NCBI GenBank assembly: GCA_950097015.1
Contig: CATNEN010000037.1
Span: 930,001 to 994,000, forward strand
Direction: 5' to 3'
DNA length: 64,000 nt
Origin: Macrostomum hystrix
Taxonomy: Eukaryota; Animalia; Platyhelminthes
The first letter of the stretch is position 1. Every line of letters begins with the position of its first letter. The position numbers and the translations under genes are program-made. Shown in pieces: positions 1 through 12,610 of the stretch. Below the pieces are notes generated by a model that saw only the letters and a program-made list of their open reading frames with translations, did no database searches and had not been told where the DNA came from.

Positions 1-193
1 TCACTGAAGGAACTGGTATCTCACTGAAGAAACTGGTAGCTCACTGAAGGAACTGGTAGCTCACTGAAGGAACTGGTAGCTCACTGAAGGAACTGGTATC
101 TCACTGAAGGAACTGGCAGCTCACTGAAGGAACTGGCAGCTCACTGAAGGAACTGTTATCTTACTGAAGGAACTAGAATCTCATTAAAGGAAC
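1..193. repeat. 20-bp tandem repeat (TCACTGAAGGAACTGGTAGC), about 9-10 copies, intronic in the B56 gene, cut by the window start
   Basis: Seen directly; unit repeats every 20 nt with few substitutions. Confidence 0.95.
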
Positions 194-242
194 TGTACAG
201 CCGTCAACTGGGCAAATTAAAGCAAAAATGTTTGGTTCTCAC

Positions 243-2913
243 CTGCAGTACAAATCGTTGATCAAGGTACTTTTTAGCCACAGATGGCTGAAAGTCGGGC
301 GATTCCAACACGCGAAGAAAGAACTCGTACACAAACTGTTAAACAGATCAATGCGATATAGCTGCGTCTATAAACAGTGTAAAATGTATTGGAATATTTC
401 TATTGCTGTTCAATGGAAAACACAACCTGCAGATGTGGCCAGGAGGCTTCAAGAGTCGGGTCGTCCTCTTCCGGGTCGAAGTCGGCGTTGTCGGACAGCG
501 GCAGCGTACGGAAAATATTACAGGCAATCTGCTCGCAGTGGAGATGAGAAAATAAAAAGCTTGTGACATGACCTTTGCTGTTAACTAGAGCTACATTTTA
601 GGAGAAATATATACTCTGCAGAACCATTGCAAAACAGACTGTGGATATAATGGGGGATCTGGCAGTAGGATAGCTACCTAACCTGAGGATCTGGCAGTAG
701 GATAGCTACCTAACCTGAGGATCTGGCAGTAGGATAGCTACCTAACCTGAGGATCTGGCAGTAGGATAGCTACCTAACCTGAGGATCTGGCAGTAGGATA
801 GCTACCTAACCTGAGGATCTGGCAGTAGGATAGCTACCTAACCTGAGGATCTGGCAGTAGGATAGCTACCTAACCTGAGGATCTGGCAGTAGGATAGCTA
901 CCTAACCTGAGGATCTGGCAGTAGGATAGCTACCTAACCTGAGGATCTGGCAGTAGGATAGCTACCTAACCTGAGGATCTGGCAGTAGGATAGCTACCTA
1001 ACCTGAGGATCTGGCAGTAGGATAGCTACCTAACCTGAGGATCTGGCAGTAGGATAGCTACCTAACCTGAGGATCTGGCAGTAGGATAGCTACCTAACCT
1101 GAGGATCTGGCAGTAGGATAGCTACCTAACCTGAGGATCTGGCAGTAGGATAGCTACCTAACCTGAGGATCTGGCAGTAGGATAGCTACCTAACCTGAGG
1201 ATCTGGCAGTAGGATAGCTACCTAACCTGAGGATCTGGCAGTAGGATAGCTACCTAACCTGAGGATCTGGCAGTAGGATAGCTACCTAACCTGAGGATCT
1301 GGCAGTAGGATAGCTACCTAACCTGAGGATCTGGCAGTAGGATAGCTACCTAACCTGAGGATCTGGCAGTAGGATAGCTACCTAACCTGAGGATCTGGCA
1401 GTAGGATAGCTACCTAACCTGAGGATCTGGCAGTAGGATAGCTACCTAACCTGAGGATCTGGCAGTAGGATAGCTACCTAACCTGAGGATCTGGCAGTAG
1501 GATAGCTACCTAACCTGAGGATCTGGCAGTAGGATAGCTACCTAACTATAGGATCTGGCAGTAGGATAGCTACCTAACTATAGGATCTGGCAGTAGGATA
1601 GCTACTTAACTATAGGATCTGGCAGTAGGATAGCTACCTAACTAGAGGATCTGGCAGTAGGATAGCTACCTAACCTGAGGATCTGGCAGTAGGATAGCTA
1701 CCTAACCTGAGGATCTGGCAGTAGGATAGCTACCTAACCTGAGGATCTGGCAGTAGGATAGCTACCTAACTATAGGATCTGGCAGTAGGATAGCTACCTA
1801 ACTATAGGATCTGGCAGTAGGATAGCTACTTAACTATAGGATCTGGCAGTAGGATAGCTACCTAACTAGAGGATCTGGCAGTAGGATAGCTACCTAACCT
1901 GAGGATCTGGCAGTAGGATAGCTACCTAACCTGAGGATCTGGCAGTAGGATAGCTACCTAACCTGAGGATCTGGCAGTAGGATAGCTACCTAACCTGAGG
2001 ATCTGGCAGTAGGATAGCTACCTAACCTGAGGATCTGGCAGTAGGATAGCTACCTAACCTGAGGATCTGGCAGTAGGATAGCTACCTAACCTGAGGATCT
2101 GGCAGTAGGATAGCTACCTAACCTGAGGATCTGGCAGTAGGATAGCTACCTAACTATAGGATCTGGCAGTAGGATAGCTACCTAACTATAGGATCTGGCA
2201 GTAGGATAGCTACTTAACTATAGGATCTGGCAGTAGGATAGCTACCTAACTAGAGGATCTGGCAGTAGGATAGCTACCTAACCTGAGGATCTGGCAGTAG
2301 GATAGCTACCTAACCTGAGGATCTGGCAGTAGGATAGCTACCTAACCTGAGGATCTGGCAGTAGGATAGCTACCTAACCTGAGGATCTGGCAGTAGGATA
2401 GCTACCTAACCTGAGGATCTGGATCTAGCGAGCAGGAGGATAGCTATTTAGCCAGTAAAACAGAATCGAATGCAAGCAGGGCAGTACTGTACCCACCATG
2501 CGAACAATCTCCGGATAAGTAGCATCCTGCAGGACGCCCCGGGTGACAGTGACAAAGTCAACTAGCTCATTTAGACAGGTACGCTTGACCTCCTTGGATT
2601 TCAGATCGGACACAGGGTCGGTGAAGTCGAATACAACGCAGCACTGCTGCAGCTTCTTTACAAACAGATCGAGCTGGTCGCCAGACGCCGCATCTTTTAA
2701 TGATGGCAGAGGAGTCAGTTCAGTTGGCGCCTTTGGCCGATAGTGAGAACTACCCTGGGAGCGCTTCTGTTTCTTAGATTTCATTTCGTTTTTATTGCGA
2801 AAGGGATCTAAGCGGTCCGACTTGGCGGATGTGGCGGCTGCAACTGCACTATCAGGCTGGGCTGCCTGACTCTTTTTCGACTTGTCCTCGAAGAAATTCT
2901 TTATGGACGCCAT
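243..2913 (-). CDS. PPP2R5: Protein phosphatase 2A regulatory subunit B' (B56 family), 5' part; continues beyond the window start
   Basis: Three exons join in frame with GT-AG phase-0 introns: 2913-2497 (MASIKNFF...[11 protein letters not shown]...KSKEVKR...YPEIVRM), 528-427 ([34 protein letters not shown]) and 335-243 ([31 protein letters not shown]). These are hallmark B56 motifs. The start Met is uncertain (alternative ATG at 2976; acceptor TTTCTGCAG ends at 2945). Paralogue class cannot be assigned. Confidence 0.95.
655..2422. repeat. 32-bp minisatellite (GGATCTGGCAGTAGGATAGCTACCTAACCTGA), about 55 copies, filling B56 intron 2496-529
   Basis: Seen directly; nearly invariant unit with a few CTATA/CTAGA variant blocks. 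Confidence 0.97.
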
Positions 2914-5900
2914 TGTGCGAAGTGTACTGCACAGCACCTTAGATCTGCAGAAACTGGTGGAAGTGGTAGACGACATAATATTTAGACTGTTAACAACTAG
3001 TATGAATAAGAATAATAAACAAGGCATGGTTTTTTCATTCACAAATTGAAGCCACTTTGTAGTCATAAAGATATAGTCATAAAGAAAAAACACAAAGAAA
3101 TTGTCCAATTACTACAAAAATCTGTATCATAATGCTTTTGGGTCAGGCAAAGACTTCACTTCAGAGACAAATGTTTCCTTAGAAGTGTACAACCACATAT
3201 AGTTTAAGACCAACAAAGTAAAAAATATTAAATGTAGTAAACACTTATAGCAAAAAAATGGCTAAATTATAGCCTATAGTCAGGAGGATGCCTATATGCT
3301 AGATGATTTTAGTGTTAGGCCATTTAAGAAATACAAATTTTAACATGAATGCCTGCTAGTCATAGAAAAACAGTACTTAAATCAAAATATTAAATTACTT
3401 GTTGACTTAAAAGGTTTTAAAATAAATATTTCTATGGAACCCATTGGAATCAAGTACAATGGGCTCAAATAATCTAAGACCAAGACCACAATTTACACCA
3501 AGACTGTCACAGCTGTGGCTGGTCAACTATTGCATAGCTTGGGTGGGTAGATATTAGGCTGATAGGTTTCTAGATTGTGCAGTTTAATAATGCAGTCAAG
3601 TACTTCTATTTCAAATTAGAGTAAAAATGAAAGTCATTTTTTATAAGGCTCTTATAATTTATAAACACTGAATCACATGTATATTGCAATATGGTATAGA
3701 TCTAATTGTGATATCTAGAGCTCTATAGATGGGGTATGCAATCCTTAGACAGTAATCCTTAGAATAGGTAGACAAATGGTTTCAAACCATCAATCAGATT
3801 TTCTGAATTTTCTGGTATGGGTTCCTGGTAGAGTTAAGGCAGATGTTGTTGCCACGTGAAACAACCATGGTGCTAAATAAAATTTTGTGTTTGACACAAG
3901 GTCAACATATTCAATGTCACTTTGTGTTTTAGCTAAAATTTAAGACCTTGTATTGTACATTTACAAGTTTTCTAACTTATTCCAATAGGACATTCAATCA
4001 GTTTGTTTGCTGCTTCTTTGATTGCTAAAATATGATAAAATAACTATATCTGCCCTGGTCCTTTGTCCATTAATGCACTATTAAATAAATATCCATATTC
4101 ACAAAATGTGTTTCAATAAAGAGATACACAATTTTTGCTAAAAATGATAGGCCTAGGTATGTCATTTTCTCTAAAGATCAAAGTACATTATATTTTGTTA
4201 CTTTCTGTATCATTGTTTTGATTGTGGCTTGTAGCCAGCCAATATTTTAAAAAATTATTCTCTTCGGCTTATCTCGAAATCTTTAGCAACTCCTTAGGCC
4301 TCTACTCTTTACAATAAGTATATTAGGCCTAACATATTGTGTCAGCTATATAACTATAATCATTTACATAAACCTTTAGCTTGTTTCTTATCCATCATAA
4401 GAATAAGTGCTAGATCAATAATTTCAACTTCTATTTTCAGCCAAGGCCAGGGCTAACAAAGTTAAACTTAATCAGCTAGCCTAGTAAGCTAGGCCTAATG
4501 CCTACAGCTACATTTAACTTATCAGTTTGAAATTTAGCATATGATATAATAACACAAGGGGAAATGCTATTCAATACAGATAATGCCAGCAACAGATAAT
4601 AAGAGAAAATTGGTTTTTATCTTTCAGATTTTCATTACATATTTACTGAACGAAAATGTAACATTAGTCACTTTACTTTGTCAGCTACATAACATAAGTA
4701 TTTTAGGATAGCCGCGGATCAGTCATGAGGCTGTATGCGATATGCATGCCCACTAGTCTCCTACGTTTCCAGACCAAGAGACCATATCATCAAAACGCAA
4801 GATACTTATAAACAGAAAATAAGATTTTTTATTTACATTACAATTTGTTGGCCACACGGCATCCGGCGAACCTAGATAGAGATACCTTCCGATTACTTTA
4901 AAGTTTGTTGATTGGATACTGTCATCTTGAATTTTCTGGGTTGAAGAATAAAACAACGCCACAAAATATAGCAATTTTAGTAAACAGTCTATGTTACAAG
5001 AAAATATTATGTTTAAGTTTTTCTTATTATCAAGACTTCAAAATTTCGTAAAGTCTAAATATCACGTTGAATCGCACTCTAGAGATATAATACTTCACAA
5101 TGTCACTGAAGAGATAGTAGACTTCACGTCACTACTTAAAGTCTTATCAGTAATACCAGTAATAACAGTAATGTCACTATATTTAGGCAATGTGATATCA
5201 TTGTTTGGTAATAAATATAAGTAATATAATTGTTCGTTGACTGTTTCTTATGTTGGGTAGACCGCTGTTTTTGTGGATTCAAACCAGACGCGTCATATTT
5301 TCTTTTGCTATTCCTGCATCGTAACAGATCCTATAGATAAGCGCGGTTTAGACTTGTTGGATAAGTATAAGTTCAAATATCTAAGAAAAGTTGTTAGTCA
5401 TCGTCTGATTAAAAATCAAATTTACTTCCTTCAACAGCAGCAGTTAACAATAGTAAGATCCCGTTATTTTTCCCCTAAGGAAAGATCCACTGGGGCAAGC
5501 CGCGGCCCCGCCCCCCCAATCGGCTGACGAATCTATGTGGCACCCACTTTCTACTTCACAGTTGTTCCCAAGCTAATAAAAACGATTTTCGTGAAATTTA
5601 GTGAAAATTTCGGTAACATCTGGATTTTCAATGGCGATTGGTTGAATATTTTGGGAGAATACTGAAAAACGTGACATTTTTTAAATCCCCATTCACTATT
5701 TAGAAAAGTGTCAATGTAGACATATTTAATAGTATTCGGTGACCACGAGCCTTAAGTAAAATAAGAATGTTAAGTAAGTTAAACCTAAGTAGAAAAACAA
5801 AAGACAGACAGAAACGGTTTTGGCGTAAAAATTAAATCTAGGTAATATTGAATTTAGTGCTGTGCTAGTATTAAGTAAAGACGTTAAAGTACTCGTACTT

Positions 5901-6987
5901 TCGTTAGATACTAATTTATTTCGAGCGTAGAAGAGACTAAATTAAGACTAAAAAGGTGATGATAATTATTTTGCACTAAAAAAATAATGTTTCCAAGCCA
6001 ATTCAGTGGAACAACTAAGACGGTGAACAAGCATTTCAACGGTAACTCGATTTTAACACACCGAAGCTTATAAAACGTGCGAAGACAGCAACAATTGAGC
6101 ACAGCATCATATATGGCTTAATCAACTAACGAAGCATTTCGTAGTAAATAGTTCAAGAAGAGAGAAATTCAAGGATAAAAAAACGTTTTGAAAAAAGGCC
6201 TTATGAAAGTATCACAGCACGCATATAGGCGATAGTTTGCTTCAGCGGCAGAATTATGTCTCAACTGGTTATTGTGACGTCCTAGTGTTAAAAGGTAAAG
6301 CTTTAAAAACGTAAACTACTATAGTACTGTTTAATAATATATAGTTTATAAAATGTTTCTTAGATAAATAGATGTTCAGCCAGTGACATGGCCGCTTTCA
6401 CAGGCCAACAGCGGGTATGTCTTAATTTTCATACTCGTACTTAGGTACATGCTCAAACAGGCGCGTAAAAGTGCGCCTTTTGTTACCTTCTATAGCTAGA
6501 ATATAATAAAGAAAACCAATAGACAAATGGCGCAATAAAGTGACGAAGATAAAAACAAGAGCAATGTAGTATTTGTGGGGTCTATCCAGCACGAGCTAGT
6601 CAAAAATTGTCCCGAATTCAATTCCTTCCCTAAACTGTTAGACAACTATGTCAGATTAACTAATTGGGTAACACACGATGGCAAGCCATGTCCTCGATTT
6701 TTAGGTAGTATCCTAAATTGTGCGATTGAACCAAAAAATAGAACCTGGCAAGACTAACAAACAAATTCAGCTTCTAAAAATTTGCTTCAAATAAAGATAA
6801 TGATAAAAAACTAATGAAATCATGAAGCGAGGAAAAAAATTAGTTTCATTTTTACTAACACTGTTTCGTGTAAGCAGATTGAAATGGTCCTTCTCTGCCA
6901 AACGTCACACACAATAGACAGTCGACTCCTTAGCAACCGATTGTTGACATAGGCAACCGTCAACGGGCTGTCACTCGGGGCAGTGCT

Positions 6988-9900
6988 TTATTCATTGTTA
7001 GCATCCTTGGCTTCATCGCCTTCTTTTTCATCTGGAAATTGGCAAGAGGCACAACTTTGACCGTGCGCCACTAGACCCTTAATCAAACTAATGTTAAATC
7101 TTCGAAAGGCGGCAAAATAATTCTGTTCACACAGATAATTGCCTTAGCTATTCGACGAATTCGAAGTCTTAATCTGACCGACAGGCTGCTAATCTGTAAT
7201 CCACTTGACAGATTTCAAATCGCGGATTTAATCTTATAATAATAATAATAATAATTGCAGGAGGGCTGCGGGCAATGGCACATCGTTTAGTGACACTAGA
7301 CCCGCAGCCAGCGAGGAGGCAATTCTGCCCATTTCGCTGACTCCTGAGCACACACGCACACAGATACTGTACGCAGGCAACGCTCACACAGGTGTGTACA
7401 TCTGCCCTGACTTTCTCATCGTCAGGCAGTGTACACTCTCACTGTGCCTTGGAGGTTGGCCCTCAAGGGCGTAAATTGCACGACAAGCCCCCAAGCCTTC
7501 TCTCCGCGTCTGCGCCCCAAATAAATGTGGCCTCGCCATGGAATCGAACTTCGGGACCGTGGTGCGAGAGGCAAACGCGTTAGACCGCTCTGCCACCGAC
7601 CCCCGCAGATTTAATCCATTTATAGGGCCGCTAAGTCAAACTGACCTTCTCCGCGACCCATATCCGAAGTCCACAGAGTGAGATTGTCGCGCAAAAGTTG
7701 CATAATCAGTGTACTATCCTTGTAGGACTCCTCGGACAGATTGTCCAGCTCGGCGATGGCATCTTCGAATGCGGTCTTGGCCAGCTTGCAGGCCCGATCG
7801 GCCGAATTGAGAATCTCGTAATAGAAAACGGAGAAATTGAGCGCCAGGCCCAGCCGGATTGGATGGGTGGACGGCAGGCTGGACGCGGCCAGATCCGAAG
7901 CGGCCTTGTAGGCAGTCAGGCTGCTCTCGGCGGCCTCTTTGCGCTCCGATCCGGTTGCGAATTCGGCCATGTAGCGCAGATAGTCGCCTTTCATTTTGTA
8001 ATAGAAGACGCGAGATTCGTCAACCGCAGCGCTGGGAATCAGGTGACTGTCCAGCACGTCCAAGATGTCCTCGCACACCTGAGCAGCGACGGCGATTCTA
8101 GTTAGTTTAATATGGCCGTCAGGACGGTCTAGGAGTGTTTCTCATCAGTCACAGTTGAGGAGTGTTTATGAGCGATTTTTAGAACTGTTTCAGGGCGGTT
8201 CTTTTGACTTTTTGGGACGATGTGTGTGACGTACAAATGTGTTACATCCATGTGTTCTCTAGCAGGAAAGAACTTGTTAGAAGCCAAACCTGTTTGAGCT
8301 CACGCTCCACCTGCTGCAGGAATTTTTTTACTAATTCGGCTTTGTCCGAGCCTGGGCGGCGCTCCTCTCGCTGTTCGATACTGCTCAGTATGCGCCAAGA
8401 GGCCCTCCTGGCACCGATCACATTCTTATAGGCCACAGATATTAGGTTGCGCTCCTCAACTGTCAGCTCAACATCCATTGTGGCAACGGCTTTCATTGCG
8501 TCGACCATTTCTAAATTGTGAGCATCAAGGGATATGCAAGGCTTTAATTTAAATTAGAAAGCTTAGATTGAATGTAAGAAGCATGTGGTTTAATATTTTT
8601 CTTTGATTTTTTGTTAACTAAATTGACTGTCAAGTGTTTTGACTAAATTGACATAAAGCTATATTTTATGTTAAAAAAAACAATAACAATAACATTTACT
8701 AGATATCTAGACACATATAGAGTTTTCAGACAATAACTCACTAATATATTTTGTATTTTGAAGAACTAGTACAAAGTAGTTAAGAAAAATGGTATGTATA
8801 ATTGCTACAGCTAGTTATACAGCTTTGTAACCAACAATATAGACCTGCTGTATAATATTTTTTTGAAAAAAAAACAAAAGCTTTCCTAAATTACAGAATA
8901 ATCTTATATATATGTAAGTCCAAAAATTGAATAATCTTCACACTCAAAAAACTTCCATATAGAGATAGAGTAACACTTATAAAACAGAGGTGTATATATA
9001 TGTGTAACTTTCTCAAAGCTAGTAAACAAACATTAAAAAATTATGTAAATAATTAAAAATAAAATCAATTATAAACAACCAATCAAACAACCAAAATTAA
9101 CATTTTAGCTCATGTGCAGGATAGCAATCTATACTAGCACACAAGAGTTGTATTATTGTATCATGACACTGGCACTACAGCCATACAAGTTTTTATTAAA
9201 ATTTAGCACATTTTTCAACATCAATAATTATGTTTATGTAGCAACAAATGTAGCAAAAATTAAGCGGCAATGTTCTACTTCTGTTCGTTATATTATTTTT
9301 TTGTTTGAATTCATGCCACACATGCATTCTGAGTTTGAAAACGTTGTGCTGACATGGCTTTGCCGTAACTTGACACTTGGATCGGATCTATGTCTATGGC
9401 AAAATCTGGCAAATATGGGGGAACAGGAAGCTAAGGCACAGAAATTCTGCAACTGAAGATGGCACGAGTGCTGCTCTATTCGAAAGCCACCTCGAAGAAT
9501 TCTTATGGTGCCGTCTATACCTCAAGATTAGCTTCGGCGCCCTCCTCTACTGGATTAGGCACTTACCCGGTTTGAAAGAAGAAAGACTGACCAAAACTTT
9601 ACAGAACTGTCTGACCTTTTGACCTACTGACTTTTTGTTACCATTAAACGTGTTTTTTGTCGTTATCTATCGTTTGCAAACAAAAAAATAATATAATGAA
9701 TGGAAGTAGAACATTGCCAATTAAGCAATATTAATTAATTTTTTTTTATTTTTATATTCAATATTAATTAAGCAATAATTATGTAGCAACAATGTTTAAA
9801 ATGCTGCAAATAGCTATAGCAGACCAATGTGCAAGGTTTATTAAAAATATGCACAGAAGGCCATCCTATTTAGGAAATAAAAATCCTATTTTTATCTGAC

Positions 9901-10189
9901 TGCTTTACTCAGTTAGTTTTTTTGTCTTCATTTAAATGTAATGAATAAATAAAAAAACATCAAGACATAAGTCTGCCGTCGACCATAGAATAAGTTATTT
10001 AAACAAATTAAATTAGGTGTGGCATATATATATTTGCACCGTTCTCCCCTTGGATTCCTGTTACATTTACAAAACTGTTCTCGAAATAGGCAAATAGCTA
10101 GCCTGCACTTGTCACTTACCATCGTAGCGCTCAGCTTGTTCAGCAAGCTTGGCAAAATAAACACGATCTTCTCTGTCCTCGTGAGCCAT
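6988..10189 (-). CDS. YWHAE: 14-3-3 protein, epsilon-like, 4 coding exons, 255 aa
   Basis: Exons: 10189-10120 ([23 protein letters not shown]+G, donor GTAAGT), 8510-8290 (EMVDAMK...[21 protein letters not shown]), 8078-7646 (...[20 protein letters not shown]...[19 protein letters not shown], donor GTCAGT) and 7031-6988 (acceptor TTTCCAG; [14 protein letters not shown]). Sum is 768 nt in one frame. The phase-1 intron in RYD|E and the WTSDM tail suggest the epsilon group. Confidence 0.95.
7234..7603 (-). mobile_element. tRNA-derived SINE, family B, full length, in 14-3-3 intron 3
   Basis: Minus-strand head GGGGTCGGTGGCAGAGCGGTCTAA...GTTCGATTCC carries pol III A/B boxes, and there is an (ATT)n tail. 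A 13-bp target-site duplication CGC(G/A)GATTTAATC lies at 7221-7233 and 7604-7616. Related copies sit at 41.9 kb and 55.7 kb. Confidence 0.88.
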
Positions 10190-11958
10190 GACGTATATAA
10201 TATTATAGAACGATATAAGAATATAAGAACGATAAAAATGTTGCCTGATTGCAAGTAAGCTAGCACTTCCACAATTTATTTATTGACCTCGACGATAATG
10301 TTTAATTTCCCGCTGTAACTAAATCAAATTTGCATTTAAACAACAACCAAGAAATTAAAAGTCCTAAAATAAAAACATGTCAATAATATTTTTTTAAATT
10401 GTTTATTTTTTGTTTTACTGTCTTTAGATCTTTCCTATACAATATTTTTAACCGCGATAATGTTCCTTACTAACGACTTGAAATTCCTTCATGGCAATTT
10501 AAAATTTATTTTGCAAGATTGAAAGGACACTGGTAGTCAAACAAACAAGCTAAGAGGAGCCCTTGTCTACGAGCGTACGATTTTACGACAGCAGGAACCG
10601 ATCGTTATATATATATATATATATATATATTACAGGTCATGATTGTTGGCAATCTGGTTGTTATTCTGGTGGACTGACGTACGATTAAAAGCTGCTCTCG
10701 AAGCCTAGGGATAGCATATCTATATTTTAACTAGAAGGTTGCTGGATCAGAATGTCATTGAACAGTCTGGCATTGCTGTGTATACAACTTGCCAATTAAT
10801 AAACAATGAAAGTGAATGCATAGCACCAGATCTTATCAATGCACACGCTGTGAAAACTTTAGTTTTTACTTCTTATTTATTTTTTTTCTAATAAGATCGA
10901 TTAAGAAAGCTTAGGTGAATATGTTTAATTGTTTCTATAGCAAACTGCGAAAGGTAGAAGAGCAGAAACACTATTTTATGAAGAAAATGTGATTTTTGGA
11001 AACTATATCAATTCTTAAATTACATAAAATTTCGCAACTGGTATATGCAAATTTAGGACAAAATAAAAAGATGAAAAATATTAATGGAGCAACAAATACT
11101 GCTTTTGATTTACACACAAGATTATCATATGAAAAATTGTAATTGTAAAATAATTTAGTCTTGCTAGCTAATAAAAAACTGCAGGTCAGGTCGCAACCAA
11201 TACAGATAGGATTTGTGTTGCAAACAAAAAATATACGAGTAACTACTTAAAGTAGGGAAATGTTTCATCTTACGCACACATACAAAGAAATGAGATATTA
11301 TAGTTAGATTAAAGCTTTCAATGAAGTTTTCTTCTAACATTTCTAAAGCCTAAGGGAAAAAGAATTTTTTTTAAGTTATCAAACGCAAAATAAAAAAGCT
11401 CCATCAACGCATCTGTACAAAAAAATAATGCAAATATCTATAGATATCGAAGGATTTATTACACAAAATATTTGACTAAACTAAAAAAGCTTGATTTATA
11501 CTACTAATATCACAAAGTAGGTTGGAAAAGTGAAAGCGTGGATAATAATTTAATGCAGCGTACTGATATTGTTTCAATGTGTTCTCCATACTGGCGCCGA
11601 TATAAAAATATAACTTAAATTGCTTTAGCTTTTCAACAGCTTTTGCTCAACGGAAAAAATTATCGGCTAAGGAGGGACATTTTGGGTTATTGCTATTTTA
11701 GGTAACTAGTAGGAAATCATGAATTTCAAGAAACTTTTCAGCCAAATCATTAAAGCATTGAGAAAAAAATTTATTAATGTAAGTTGTTAAATAATTAAAA
11801 AAAACAATGGATACATACTTGCGTGAGAAAATACCGAAATTTCACATTATTTTACAAAAAATAAGCTTTATTTTACCTTTAAAAGAGAGATTTACTTTTT
11901 AATGAGTAGAAAAAAATAATATTGAAAATCTAAGCATTGTAACAATATATAGCTCGTA

Positions 11959-12274
11959 CATTGGCCGAGAGGTTCGCCCTAGTGGTTAGGGCGTCGGACT
12001 CACGACTTGAAGGTCGGGGGTTCGATTCCCGACTCCCCTGAACAATTTGTGTCCTTTAGCAAGACACTTAACTCTGCATTACTTCAGTTCACCCAGCTAT
12101 TAAATGGGTACCAGCATCAGCTGGGATAATTGAAGGTGGGTGTGGCGTCCCCCCAGTCCATGGACTGAACAGCTGTACGCAGCCTTCAGATGCGCCGCGC
12201 ATTAGCTGCGGCTGTGCTGTCGGCTGCACATCTGACCCAATTGGGGCAGGTGTAATCAATTATTATTATTATTG
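11959..12274 (+). mobile_element. tRNA-derived CORE-like SINE, family A, full length
   Basis: tRNA head (CCTAGTGGTTAGG...GGTTCGATTCCC), a central block resembling the MIR/CORE consensus, and an (ATT)n tail. 9-bp TSD TAGCTCGTA at 11950-11958 and 12275-12283. Near-identical copy at 50402-50708. Confidence 0.93.
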
Positions 12275-12610
12275 TAGCTCGTAAATACATATTTTGATGC
12301 GATATTTTACAAGACGACCATTGTATCGAAAAAGTAAATTGCGGAGGAAAAAAAGTATAAAAAATGAAAGTCGTTTTTAGTCTGCGGCGGAAGTGAGCGC
12401 CAAGGCGAAACATGCCGTTTTAAATCAAAACAGGAAGTCTTAGATAAAAAAAGAAAATTAGTGCGATTGCTGCTCCCTTATCTGCCTCCTGCTTAAAAGT
12501 AAAAAAGCTGGTCCAATATCACCTGCACTGCTGATTGTTTTTCTCATATTTTTAAACAGGCTTGCAAATCAATCCCTAATAAAATACACCCTTAATTCAA
12601 GCGCCTAAAT

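Noticed and set aside
2914-3108. N-terminal extension of the B56 ORF (MDNFFVFF...) and of the TM gene ORF (21693-21935)
   Set aside because: Both are AT-rich and non-homologous, and lie upstream of a good acceptor or of a signal-peptide Met; likely intron or UTR.
7698-8105. Plus-strand ORFs overlapping 14-3-3, UBE2H, B56 and TM exons, and minus-strand ORFs over the Ig exons
   Set aside because: Antisense shadows of GC-rich coding exons.
9340-9620. GC-richer island in 14-3-3 intron 1 containing a minus-strand GTAAGT donor-like site
   Set aside because: No recognisable protein or RNA motif, and the gene model is complete without it. It could be a repeat remnant.
11965-12045. tRNA-like sequences at 7530-7603, 11965-12045, 50402-50480, 54857-54915 and 55733-55800
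   Set aside because: Acceptor stems are not intact and each continues into a shared body and ATT tail. They are SINE heads, not tRNA genes.
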